DNA of 64,000 nucleotides from Eledone cirrhosa. Its lineage: Eukaryota. Positions 1 through 64,000 of the stretch are shown here, piece after piece. Below the pieces are notes generated by a model. That model was given only the letters and a program-made list of their open reading frames with translations. It did no database searches and had not been told where the DNA came from. Every line of letters begins with the position of its first letter. Position 1 is the stretch's first letter. The translations under genes and the position numbers were made by a program. The DNA lies in NCBI GenBank assembly GCA_964016885.1, contig OZ024750.1, forward strand, positions 21,948,001 to 22,012,000. The letters run 5' to 3'.

Positions 1-1089
1 CAACGGTTCGTATTTTTATCAAGCGTTGAGTCTTGTCGGTGATCAAGACTTAACTTCATATTACTGTCTACGTGTTCTTGTAAACATGCTGTTGTTATTG
101 TTGTTTTTGCTGTTATTGTTGTTTTTTTTAATTCCAGGTCATCCCTGATCATGGATAAAGCATGGCTGAGTAGTTTAAAAATTCGCTTCACAATCATGAG
201 GTTCCGGCTCCTGTCAGCAAGTGTTTTCTACCATAAATGTTGGATAGACCCAAACCGTGTGAACAGAATTAGGTAGACGGAATGTGTGGTTTATCCTATG
301 TAGCCTGTTACATCAAGCTACATAGAAAAGATGTTCAACTCTTTACATCAAAATCAAAGATAAAAAAAGAAAATTCCCCTCCGTCGGTTTCAACGATGAT
401 TGTTCCAGTTGTTCAGTCAAACATACTCATTAAATTAACGAGTAAAAGGCGGAACAATATATGAACACGTGTACACGTCAGCGTAATTCTCAAGAAAATT
501 CAGTGTGACATATCGTAAGATAAGACTGCACCAATGAACTGCAGAAAGAGGACATCCAACGGTTTCTGATTAACCAATTTTATTCACGGGGCTTGTGTCG
601 ACCCGATGCTATGGCAGAAGGCACTTACTTTCCCAAGAATCCACGTAGAGGAATTGAAACCAGGATCTTTATAATTATAAAGCGAACCTCGTAACCATTC
701 GGTTCTGCTGCGTCAACAACTTAAAGAATCGAAAACCAGTGTAATTTTTTATAATTCCATTCCAGACAAATCATGCATAAATTATTACAAGATAAGTCTT
801 AGTGGCTAGAGTGTTCGACTCACGACCAAAGGATCAAGAGTTTGATTCGCGGTGGTGTGATGTGCGCTTAAGCAAGATACTTTATTTGACGCTGTTCTAG
901 TTCTTTCAGTTGGAAAAAAATTATAGTACCTGTAATTCAAAGGACCAGCTTTATCACACTTTGTTTCATGCTGAATCTTCATGAGAATTACATTAAGGGT
1001 ACACGTGCCTGTGGAATGCCCCATCATTTGCACGTTAATTTCATGAACAGGCTGTTCCGTTGGTCAAACAATGAGAACAAGTCATATGT

Positions 1090-1250
1090 GAGTTATTTCA
1101 TAAAACAAGTCTTGTATAAGTTATTACATAAAACGAATTTTGTACATGTTATTACAAGATAGTACAAATCTTGTATAAATTATTACATAATGCAAGTCTT
1201 GTATAAGTTATTATAAGATAAGACAGACCTTTTATAAGTTATTACAAAAG
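1090..1250. repeat. Degenerate ~28-30-bp tandem repeat (AAGTCTTGTATAAGTTATTACATAA-like)
   Basis: About 5-6 imperfect copies are visible. Confidence 0.6.
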
Positions 1251-1994
1251 AAAGTAAATAATAGAATTGTATTCATAAATAGTTTCCCCAGATTGTTGGT
1301 AGAAAGATTTCGTTAAAATTATGTTTGCTTCAACTAAACGAAAATTTTAAATTTCTCTTCGCTGGAAATTTATCACTCAGATCAATTCCGTGACGTTATA
1401 AAACAATAGAATATATTTCAATGATACAAATCATATAGTATTCAGCAAGTTACTTGCTGATTTGTTCAGAGCCATTTATCAAACTGGCCATGATATTACT
1501 ACTGCTAGACATATATAGGCATATATAATATAACTGTCGGTGATAAACTTCGAGAATAATATTGTAGAATGACAGCTTTAGATGTTAAGGTGGTTGTAGC
1601 CAAGATAGGCAATGTCAGAGCTAGTCAGTTTGGCACGAGATCGGAAGAGATAAACACTATCGTTGTTATTATCATTGTAACTTTCATTAAAGTTGTTGTT
1701 GTTGTTTGTTTTTTAGCCCCAGGTAAAGCTCGTGGAGCAAATGTGCTATCAAAAGAATTCCAGTTTCAATAAATATAGAAAAATGTTGTTGTTGTTGTTG
1801 TTGTTTTACCCTAAGTCAGCACTGACTGAGAGGACCTATCAGGAAGAGCATTCTATCCATGACTATCCCGCCTTTTATGCAGGCAGACATTTATCTAGAA
1901 ATACATTATACAATGCGTATTTCCTTGATTTTTATCAAGGCGATAAAGTATGACTTTAGAGAGGTTGTCTGCTATTTCTAATTTAAAGGCGATA

Positions 1995-2290
1995 GTGACT
2001 GCTGAGGACCAGAGATGCTTTTTCATTGCCCAGTTAAGGTGACATTGACTTGCTGACTGCTAAGAACCAGATCTCTTTTTTCACTGATTAGTGACACTGA
2101 TTAGGTGACACTGGCTGCTGAGGGCCAGATATGTTATCACTGTTCAGCCCAAGTGACATTGACAAACAGATTGCTGAGGGCCAGATGTATGTTTTCATTA
2201 TTCAGCGCAAGTGACACTAACTAACAGACTGCTAAGGGCCAGATGTGTGTTTTCACTGCTCAGCTAAGGTGACACTGACTAACAAACTGC
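1995..2290. repeat. ~58-60-bp minisatellite, ~5 degenerate copies
   Basis: Recurring GACTGCTGAGGGCCAGAT...TTTTCA...AAGGTGACACTGAC. Confidence 0.8.
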
Positions 2291-3278
2291 AAACTTATAA
2301 AGAACGAATTGGACTTAAATATCAAGTCCGCAGTAAATGTACATAGTTAACTCTGCAGCAGAGAAATCCCCATAATAAATCTTCATTCTGCGTTTCAAAA
2401 TGTATATTTTTTATAAAGTAATAATCTAACAAATCACGGTTTGTTATAAACTTTATTACTTATATGGCTTAACAAAAGCTATATTTTGCGGTCCCGACGT
2501 AATCATGACAAGTGAAAACGCCATGGCCCTGGAGTTCTGTATCCTTCGTTTGTATTTTTATTTTTGAAAGAATAGTTTTGGTAGTGGGTGGGGCTTTTTC
2601 GTTCGTTGTTTTGTCCTCTTTTTGTTTATTTTCTTTGGTTTATATATATAATTATTTCATACTTTTTTCTTTCTTGCTCTTATACACACACACACACACA
2701 CACACACATCTACCCTTCCAATCCACATCCCGGACAAAACTATGAACACTGTGCACCTCAGCCGTCATTATACAGCCACACTACACCCTCCTCTCACCTA
2801 CCATCTCATTCTTCCACGGACATCTGTGATTCCAGATAAAGACCATTACCATAAACCATTGCCAACTACATCAATCTCAGCGTCTTCTATAAATAATGCA
2901 CCAGGAATTGCTCATTTCATCTCTAACCACATTCTAACTCTTCTCCTGTCTCAGATTATAAGATATATGTGTATGTATACATATATGTGTGTGTGTATGC
3001 ATGTATATTATATATATATAGAAAGAGAAAGATGTGTGTGTGTGTGTGGTGTGTGGTGTATGTGTGTTCATCATGGCTAGTTGGGAGACTAAGCAAAATG
3101 GATCTCCGTCATGAGATGAGTATTGAGTTAAGCGCAGAGAGCTTGAGCAAATGCTGCTGTAACGACTGTTGCATTCGGTCGATTCACCGCATGAGTGTAT
3201 GGCGTTATTTAGAATGAGATTATAATAATTCAGGACTGATTTAAATTACATTTAATAGCCTCGTACTTATAAGAAAAG

Positions 3279-3310
<32 letters not shown>

Positions 3311-6300
3311 CACACTCTAGGTCTTCTTGGTCAGAGAAAATACACAGCCAGTACGTCTAAGATAGGATGCAAGAGTTGCCAAGAGTATCAGCAATGCTGG
3401 ACACCAAAGTCTGAGAAGGGACCATTTGAAGGTTTGGTTTATGATCGTTAACTCTTTGTTGTGCGAAACCAGCTTCGTCGTATTTCTTTCGACTTTTTCA
3501 GTCCCGTGGCTGACATTCAATGTCTTCACAATACAGGCTTGATGGCTGCCATCAGCAGTATCAGGTCAGATGATGACTCGCAGATTCTGTTGTTTTGTTA
3601 TTATATATGACGCTCTTATTTGAAGAGAGGGGTGATTTAATTAGGGGAACTAATAAGCGAAGCATAGATAAATGTGTGACTATTTATATTTGTGTGTGTA
3701 GATTTATATATGAATACATGTGTGCGTGCGTGTAAACATACATACATATACACATAATTATACATATATATATACATACATACATACACATCTACATACA
3801 TACACATATACACATATATATATAGGAACGATCGACTTTCGTCAAATCGGACCGAGGGAACAATGTTTCCGTTGGTCTTTCCACTTGCTAATACTATCTA
3901 TCGATCGCAACTCCAGGTAGAAGGAGCAACGTGAAATAAAGTGTCTTGCTCAAGGACATAACGCATCACCTGGTCCAGGAATCGAACTCACAACCTTACG
4001 ATTGCGAATCCAATTCCTTAACCACTCAGCCACACGCCTTCACATACATACACACACACACATATATATATACACACACACATATACATAGACGCACATA
4101 TATATACACACACATACATACGTGTATGTGTGCATCTACGTCCGGATAAAGGAGCCTGCATATGGTCACTTAACTTGCTAGAAAGAGCAACTAATTCTCC
4201 CTTGAAAATCACAATTTGCAGAGAGATTTTGGCTATTTCTACCGTCCTGGAAAAAAAATTGAACAAATCGGATAATGTAACTCTGGTTGTACATATATCT
4301 TGGTAAAATACCACGAGATGGTAATGGATGGAATGCCTTTGACAGTAGGTCGCCCTTATTTTGAGATTAAACAACTACGTGTGCGCGTGTGTATTTTGTA
4401 CATCGATGGATGTAATATCTATAGATATACGGCAGACGACTGGTGTAGTTTCGCGACTGTAATGTATGTATGTACGTATATATCAGGTTTTATATTATCC
4501 CTTTTGTATGTGTGTGCGGGTATGCAGACAGTCATGTTTGTACAACAGAGCAAAAATAAACAGCCAACCATCGGAGGGGGGGGGGGGGTCTCAAACGAAT
4601 CACGTTATCTTCAATATTCAATTTTTTTTTAAGGGAAATAAATCTGGAACACCGTTGCAAATATTTTCCAGGGAGGTAACTCTGTCTTCATGGGAGACCA
4701 CTATTACATGCTTAAAAAAAAATCTCATAAAATAGCGTCGTTGATGATGGTGATAACGAAAACTTTCGTAAGCAATATTAAGATGTGGCAGAGGTAAACT
4801 GTAATTCGTGGCCAAACTTGAACGAAAACTTTACTTTAAAGACGAAGGTATATATTGCAAACAATTCTCAGAAGTTTTGTACATATTTTTTTATTAATTA
4901 TTTTCATTTATTTGTTCTTAATAGAAAAATATAGAATAATGAAATACAAAGTACGTTGAGTTCTTGCATGGAATGGTTTCGATGTTTTATTATAGAAAAA
5001 TATTTCTTGGTATCTCTATATTCTTATGTCAGGCCATCAGACTAAAAAGTATTTCTGCTGGAATTTGAGTTCACTTACTTTCAAATTTAAAAAAATATAA
5101 AAGGTAGCTATAGATGGAAAGCGTTTGTTCATAGTTCTACTTGGTAAAGCCCGACCTGGGAGTAAACAACAATACCTTCCATAACACAAAACTTTAACCT
5201 TTTTATACCAAACCACCTAAAACTAACCCTGGTTCTAAGATATAAAGAATCTATAAGTCATGCTCTAAAGATCACAAATCACCATGTCCTTTAGTGTGGT
5301 GTTAGGCACACTCACCCAGTATCCAACTGGGGTAGAGTTCATTTCCTTGCAGGTGCCACTGGCTAGTTTTTTCTGTCTCCAGGGTTACTTTACTCAACTT
5401 CCTCAACTATTATTTATAGTTACCAACTACTGTTGTGGTCATAGACAATGGAACATGTACATTAAGAATAATATGTTTGTCAAATATGGGTAAGCATCAA
5501 AATTCATTTATAAAATCAGAATAAATGTATATATATTTTTTCTTTTCTTTTTTTTAGCAAAAGTAAAAATAGGTCTTATGTGCAATTATTACCATCAACA
5601 TGATCATCATTTTACATCTACTTTCCATGCTGCTATGGCTTGGGCAGGTCTTTGCAGTCTGAGACGACGATTTATATAACTGTCTTGCTCATCATCATCG
5701 TTTAACATCTATCTTCCACGCTAGCATGGGTTTAGATGGGAATTGTCCCATGTGAGGCAAGATTGATTGTCTTGCTCGTATAGGATCGTCTGGCAGGTTT
5801 TCTACAGCTGGAAGCCCTTCCTAACATGAACCGCATTTACAGTCTGGACTAGGAGGTTTTTACCGTGTTACCTACACGGCCACATTACAGCGTGGACTAT
5901 GTGTTTTTTTGACGTGACACCTACACGACCTCATTTATTTAAACGAGCATAATTTAAACGAATGTATAACAGTAATCAGTGTTTAAATACGAGAAGGTTA
6001 TTAAACGAACGTATAACAATAATCAGAGTTTAAATACAAACAGATTGTTTTTGAGGGTCTCACAGAATTATCGAATAAAATTGAAAGATTGGATTCTAAG
6101 TAAATGGACTGGGTAAAACATGGAGAGACAAGAAAATGGTGTGAAATCCATTACATTTCTCAAACGTCCCTTCGGCAGGGATGATGATTCGAAGAATTCG
6201 GAAATTTTTTACCACCGACAGGTTCATTTTATACTTGCTGAGAGAGAGAGGGGGGGTGTGAGAGGACCTGTAGGCTTATAAACAATGCATTGGCAGACAG

Positions 6301-6694
6301 AGTAGAGGAGGAGAAGAAGGAAGAATGTTGCCGAAAAAATTATAACTAGAAGGTTATTTTTATATAATCTAAACCAACAAATTCGACCACAATTTAAACG
6401 AACGTATAACGGTAATCAATGTTTAAATACGAGAAGGTTATTAAACGAACGTATAACAGCAACAAACGTATTTTGCAAGGTTTCTATAGCTCAACACTCT
6501 TTGGTGGAAACCATTCCATGAGCAGGGCATTAAATATGTTTAATATCAGACAGCGATGATGTCTCCAAACCATATCACCATGGAAAGTGGAAATAAAAAG
6601 ATGTCATGTCGTCAAATAATGTATTTAAATTTCGTTATTGGAATTTTAGGAGTTTGTTCTTTCAATATTTTGTATTCATTCAAGCAATGTATAT

Positions 6695-29803
<23,109 letters not shown>

Positions 29804-30569
29804 TGTAGGTGTAGTAGATTCGCAAGAACTAACAACCCAAGTAATTCATAGCCGTATTTATAGACAAAATGGGAGGAGTTAAGATAAAGTGAAATGAATT
29901 TGGTAACTGGTTTTACTGAGTATGTCCGGTTTTAGCTGGCAGTCGAAAGCAAAACATCGTTTATTTGCGACTGACAACGTGACCTTTATTACATGTGGTA
30001 CCATATAGCAAGTTCTTTTTCATTATCCCGTTAACTTTTCTTGTAAATTTACTTGACGCTGGTTTCCACGAAATACGAATTATAAAATCTAGAACACTTG
30101 TTTTTGAAGTACGTGTTTACAAGAAAACTTTTTTAACCGACGGTTAGCTTTGGATCAAAGCCAAACTATAACAATCACTTATTTTTCAATAGATGAGAAA
30201 TAATATATTTTATTCACAGTTGTATAAAAAGAAATATAATAACTGTTTCTACTTTTGGCACAAGGCCAGCAATTATTCATTACATTACTGGTACTTTATT
30301 TTATCGACCCCGTAAGGATGATAGGCAAAGTGAACCTCGGCGGGATTTGAACTCGGGCCGTAAAGAGCCGTAACTCTATGCTGGAAAGCATGGCGTCAAT
30401 ACAATGCCTACAGAACGGAAGCACAAACATGGATTGTCAACTATGTTATTCGACGTACGCTTCCTTTTTATTGGCGGTGTGCTATGATTTGAGAAAGATT
30501 TGGCTGCTACTTCTAGCAACCTCGTAGTGGCTCACTTGATAAATCATAGAATAACTGATTCATTTAACA

Positions 30570-30877
30570 CAGGGGCGTGCAACAGGTGGCCCGCGGGCTA
30601 CAATCCGGCCCGCCAGCCCAGTCAGAGTGGCCCGCGATGACCGTTTTTAATTTTTACCTTGTAGGCTTATTTAGAATATTTTTCGTAACCGTAATACAAT
30701 CTTCTGTTAGTTGACCTATACTAAAGGGCTTCACTGATGTGAGTTATAATTTCCCAGTTCCATGTTAGGGAAAGAAGTTATGAATCTTTAGAATAGTGCT
30801 TAATAAATATTAATGGCCCTAATAGTTATTCCAATGTTCAAAAGTGACTCGCCAATGGAATATGTTGCACACCCCTA
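30570..30877. mobile_element. hAT (Charlie-like) MITE
   Basis: TIR CAGGGGCGTGCAACA / TGTTGCACACCCCTA; subterminal GGCCCGCG motifs; 8-bp TSD ATTTAACA / ATTTAAAA. Confidence 0.8.
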
Positions 30878-31419
30878 ATTTAAAATAACTAAAGCAGTTA
30901 ATTGACCTATAATGAAGACAATCAGGGTCGGCGCTACTATTAAAGTCAACTGGGGATCCACATAGTGTGTAGATCTCAAGAAGACGCATTACTGAACCTT
31001 AAATAATCACAGTTCTATACAAATTTAGGTAAATTTATAGAACACCACTCACGATTTCAGTGAGAAATATTTTTTTATATACTTTTTGTGTGCTATCAAC
31101 TAATCCTACCCTCAACATACTCGCAATCGACTTTTTTACTCTGGAAAACAGAACACAGAGACCCCCTTTCCGAATCAACTAGCTTTGTAGGGAAAGGGGG
31201 AAGAAAGGCCACGGGAATTTTACAGATCTACACCCTGTTGCGTTTGGAGGGGAATGCTTTTTTTCCCTTGGTTATTTTGTGTATTATCAATGAATATGAG
31301 CTCCAAACACACCTTGAACGACATTTTTGAGGAGTGTTTTTCTATAATAAAACCCAAATTTATATAGATAAATTAATCACTAGCACCATTGTTGAAATAT
31401 TGTAAAGCAGTGGAGAGGA

Positions 31420-31920
31420 TCATATGGCATTGACCCCTTATATGATTTGGTGCTGTATGGAAGTACTGACATCAAAACGTGTTTCCTATCATTTGAAGGC
31501 TAAGATCTTTGATACTTACATCCTACCAGTTGTGTTATATGGTCTTGACTGTGTTAATTAGATGAGAAGGTCACTTCAGGAGCTCTCTACATTCCAGAAC
31601 CACATCATCAGACTTATGACTGGCAAGCGGCTCAGCGACCGTATCTGTATCAGTGAGCTGCTCAACATTACCAAACTTAGACCAATTACATCTATTGTCA
31701 AGTCAAGAGTACTCAAACTATACGGTCATATAAAAAGATCAACTCGTGGTGTGAGTAGGTTATGCCTGTAAGAGAAGCAGAGGCCGGCAGCCAAAACGGT
31801 GGCTTGACAATGTCAACTTATGGACTGGACTTGATCTTTGCTCTTTGAATTCTGCTGCTGGTGATCGAACTTTGTGGAGAAAGATATCACATGTTGATGC
31901 AGAGTCTGCAACTGACGGAG
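31420..31920 (+). mobile_element. RTE-clade LINE 3' fragment
   Basis: KAKIFDTYILPVVLYGLD...VLKLYGHIKR...KRWLDNV, with stops and a deletion; sister copy at 46443..46890. Confidence 0.85.
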
Positions 31921-32197
31921 ACAAGAAGAATGATTTGGTGAGAGTGTGAATTGCAGACTTAATAATTTTTTTTTTTTTTGGTAGATCAAAGAAGGAATAT
32001 CAAAAACAATATTTGTCAGCTTACCAAACTGTAAGCTGAAGTTTTTTTTTTTTTGTAAAGCTAGCCTAAGATGCTAAATACCCATGCACTTGCTCTAGAG
32101 CTGTTAGTGAGTTACAGAATTTGAAATGGGTTGTACAAAATAAGGTGATCGATTGACAAAGTGGTTAGATTGTTTTTAGTTACATCCCTTTACCTCC

Positions 32198-32450
32198 TCA
32201 GTTTGAATCACACCAGGGTCAAAGATTGCCTTTAACCTTCTGAGTTTGAATCACACCAAGGTAAAACGTTGCCTTTACTTTCTGAGTTTGAATCACACCA
32301 AGGTCAAATATTGCCTTTAATCTTCTGAGTTTGAATCACACCAAGGTCAAATATTGCCTTTAATCTTCTGAGTTTGAATCACACCAAGGTCAAATATTGC
32401 CTTTAATCTTCTGAGTTTGAATCACACCAAGTTAAACATTGCCTTTCAGC
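32198..32450 (+). repeat. 43-bp tandem repeat (~6 copies) amplified from a SINE B-box segment
   Basis: Unit TCTGAGTTTGAATCACACCAAGGTCAAATATTGCCTTTAATCT; SINE-like flanks. Confidence 0.85.
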
Positions 32451-33215
32451 TTTCCACACTCAATAAAATAAAGTAACAGTCGTCATTTACAATCAAGTAT
32501 GACTTGGTATTTTGTGCCATGCTTTCATTAAGGGTTTTAGGTGCAGTTGCAAATAGACACAAACACCCTCTCAACCCTCTCTCCTGTGATCCACCAAAAC
32601 ATCTAGGATGTAACAGCTGGAAGGAGTGAGGACTGCACCAGCATCGGGCTGGTACTTTTTATCGAATACAAAAGGATAAAAAGCAAAGTTGACCTCGATG
32701 AGGTGAACTCAGAACACAGAAACCTGAAATGAAATAGTATTAATGTATTGACTTAATATTCCTATAATGCAATAATTCCCCAAATGGGCACTACCACCTC
32801 ACCTCACCACCCTACTCCACGCTCACTTACTTGGAGTGCTGGGAGACTCAAAAAACCACTGGAAAGCAGGGTGGAGGTAGGAAACAGACACAAATGGATT
32901 AAAACTGTCATGTGAATGGAGAGAAAAATATGCTAAATGATTAATTCTTGTCAAGAAAGGTAAGGGAGACAACCCCTGAATTTATTAGTTGAAATTAATT
33001 ATAAACTACAGTGGGAAATGAGCCTGATCTTTAGAAGTAGAGTGATAATCCCAGGCATATTCAGTATTATGAGACTTGATCAGCAAATAAGTCGGTAAAA
33101 GATTGAAATGGAAATATGTACTAACATCAATATAGTGGACTATTAAATCTCTCAATGTGGTACCCATAATAGTCAAATGGGTGAAATAATGTGATAGTTA
33201 TTGTTTTATTATAGA

Positions 33216-33439
33216 CCCTTTAATGTTCAAACCGGCCAAAACCGGCCAGAATTCTCTACCTCTTTCTGTTGAAACTGGCTGTAACTGGTCGCTCAAACTG
33301 ATGTTAAGGTATTGTTCTCAAAATAAATACTTTCAAAATCTCACAGATTCGATACTATGTGAGATAATTATGCGAGGTAAAGCCATTACCATGAAAATAT
33401 AATCGTATATATAGAGTAATGTGAATGCTAAAGGGTTAA
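33216..33439. mobile_element. piggyBac-like MITE (reverse orientation)
   Basis: CCCTTTAA... to AATGCTAAAGGG-TTAA. Confidence 0.8.
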
Positions 33440-34600
33440 GCAACTGAATTTAAAAGACACCCACTCCCCTGGATGTGACGCTAGTCTGTCACATGTCTAA
33501 CCCTTAACTGCCACTGATACTCATTTGCAGATGAATGAACGAGAGCAGTGTGAAATGAAGCATTTTGCTCAAAGTCATGCATGACACATCACCAAATCTA
33601 GGAATTAAACCCACAACCTTATAATCATCAGCCTAACATTGGCCACATGCCTTCACAGTAAAATAATTAAATTATAAAAAGAGAATTAATCACCACAAGA
33701 ATTCATTTCTTCATTAGGTGTGTCTCCTTTATTTCGTTAACTTCTGTCTAGTAATTGGCAATTAACAGATTATACTGAAAAAAAGGAGGTGTGTGTGTGG
33801 ATGTGGGTGAGTAGGTGGGAGTCTTGATGAAATATATTCTCTAAAAAAGGGACTGGTGGTCCAATAAAGTTTGGACAATTCTGTTATAATGCACCATAAA
33901 TGAAATTATAATACAAATAGAAGAATTAATTAGGTTTGTGAAGGTAAACTTCATATTTTCATATTTCCTTCACTATCATCAAAATTCGTTGGTATCCATA
34001 TTTTCTTGACTTATATTATCATATGTTAGTATTCAAATTTTCACAATTTCTTTGTTGATATGATAATTAGTAAGGATTCCTATATCCATTGAACATTATC
34101 AAACTCTATTAAGATTCATATTTTCTTCACCCATTAGATTTCACATTGTCTTCACTGTTTTAATTGAAATCTGTTGGGAGGTACGCTTTTTTTCACATTT
34201 GTTCAACATTTTCACATCTCCATCCCTTGCATTAGTATAATAATCCTTTGTGGGGTTCACATTTTCTTCGTTGACAATATTAATAATCCATTGGTAATCA
34301 CATTTTCTTCACTGATATTATAGTCTATTGGAAGTCACATTTTCTCCAATGATAGTGTCATAATCCATTGGGATTCACATTCTCACATTTTCTCCCTTGA
34401 TATTAACTCTTAACATCCTGTAATGATGTTGCAGAAAATATCTGAAAATGAATTTTTTTAAATTCAAATATTTATAGTATCTTTACTCATGGATAGATCA
34501 TTGCAGTCAACTAAAGTAAAAAATTTAATTATTAATGTGATGTAGCCATAGAGGTGATTTGTACATTTCAAGAATGTCTTGCTGAGGTGGTTTCATTTTT

Positions 34601-62999
<28,399 letters not shown>

Positions 63000-64000
63000 T
63001 TTGGGTTTCTGGAAGTTAACATGAAAATGTAAGAAAGAGTCAATATAAAAAATCTTGAGTCTGTGAGAAAGAAACCGCAAGAGAAAACAGGGTCCTTTTT
63101 ATTCATAAGAGCAGTGGATTGGCAACACCAAAAGAACGTCGGGCAACGTGCTTTGCGGCATATAGCTACAACTTTTTACAGTCTGAGTTCAAATCTCTCC
63201 GTGTTAGCTTTGTCTTTCGTCCTTACGGAGTCGATAAAATAAAGAACCGGTAACACACTGGGGTCGATTTAATCGACTTGCCACTTCCCTTCAAAACTTC
63301 TGGCCTTGTGCCAAATGTAGAAATAATTATCCCTAAAGGTAGGACAGTAGATTTCCAGAGTCGTTCAGCGTCGGACCTGACTTTGCCTTTCATTCTTCCG
63401 AGGTAATTAAATTAAGTACCAGTGAAGCGCTGGGGTTGATATAGTCAACTTTCGCATTCCTCCAGAAATTGTTGGCCTCTGCCTAATTTAGAAATCATTA
63501 TTCATAAGGCTGGCTGACTAAGTTGAAGTTTGTGGACCCTGCAGGGACTAGAGGCTGGTCAATTTCGTTTGCTTTGATGGAGTGAAAGATTGGTATACTG
63601 AAAGTGGGCGAGAGGCGTTAAATTCTTTTGCTGTATTGTAGTAAAAGATTGGAGTGCCAAATGGGCCTGAAATACCCGACAGCCTAAAGGGCCGCACATG
63701 GGTTAATACGGCCTTGATAAAAGAGTAAGGATTTTTAATTGAATTTGTTTAACGAGAGAAAGTAGCTCCGAGAAATTGAACTTTACCGGAAAAGGGGGGT
63801 GGCTGAGATAAGGAACTTTATAATTGAAAGGGGTTTATGGATAAGAGACTTTGAAATTGGGAGGGGCTTAGAAATAAGAGACTTTACAAGACAAATTGGA
63901 TCCGAGGTAAGGAACATTACATGAGAAAGGGGCTTGGGAAGATTGGGTTTTATGAGACAAAGGGTTGTAGGAAATTTCTCTCGGAATGTAGGCTAAGACA

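Noticed and set aside
3317-3560. Minus-strand ORF ending in a hydrophobic, GPI/TM-like tail (WCPALLILLATLASYL)
   Set aside because: There is an in-frame stop just upstream, no convincing acceptor and no recognisable homology.
5935-6480. ~68-bp direct repeat (5951..6018 / 6391..6458) suggesting an LTR or Helitron relic
   Set aside because: No TG..CA ends, TSD or clear terminus, so I could not classify it.
63540-64000. Purine-rich, non-microsatellite segment at the window end
   Set aside because: No ORF or motif recognised. It may be a degraded LINE, but I cannot support that.

Overview
Eukaryotic, AT-rich, microsatellite- and transposon-dense genomic DNA. The SINE and MITE families look like those of octopods (coleoid cephalopods); that assignment is an inference. 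Two multi-exon genes lie in tandem on the minus strand, and I reconstructed both by hand from GT-AG splice sites with consistent phases. (1) A complete 8-exon thymidine phosphorylase gene (TYMP, 6695..29803, 454 aa). Its signature motif carries Asn instead of the conserved Asp, and its last intron is almost entirely an ~8-kb (TA)n-derived satellite with complementary GU/AC-rich ends. (2) A divergent CEP290-like gene (34601..62999, 15-16 coding exons, ~485-500 aa) that matches only the N-terminal fifth of CEP290 and then stops. The introns and spacers hold tRNA-derived SINEs, piggyBac/Tigger/hAT/mariner-type MITEs, a Helitron-like element, fragments of RTE, CR1, Tx1/L1, R4/Dong and CRE LINEs, several minisatellites (one is an array of ten perfect TGACGTCA sites), and a set of (TA)n-adjacent palindromes. 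Most ORFs in the supplied track, including the 400-1100 aa YI-rich ones, are microsatellite artefacts.
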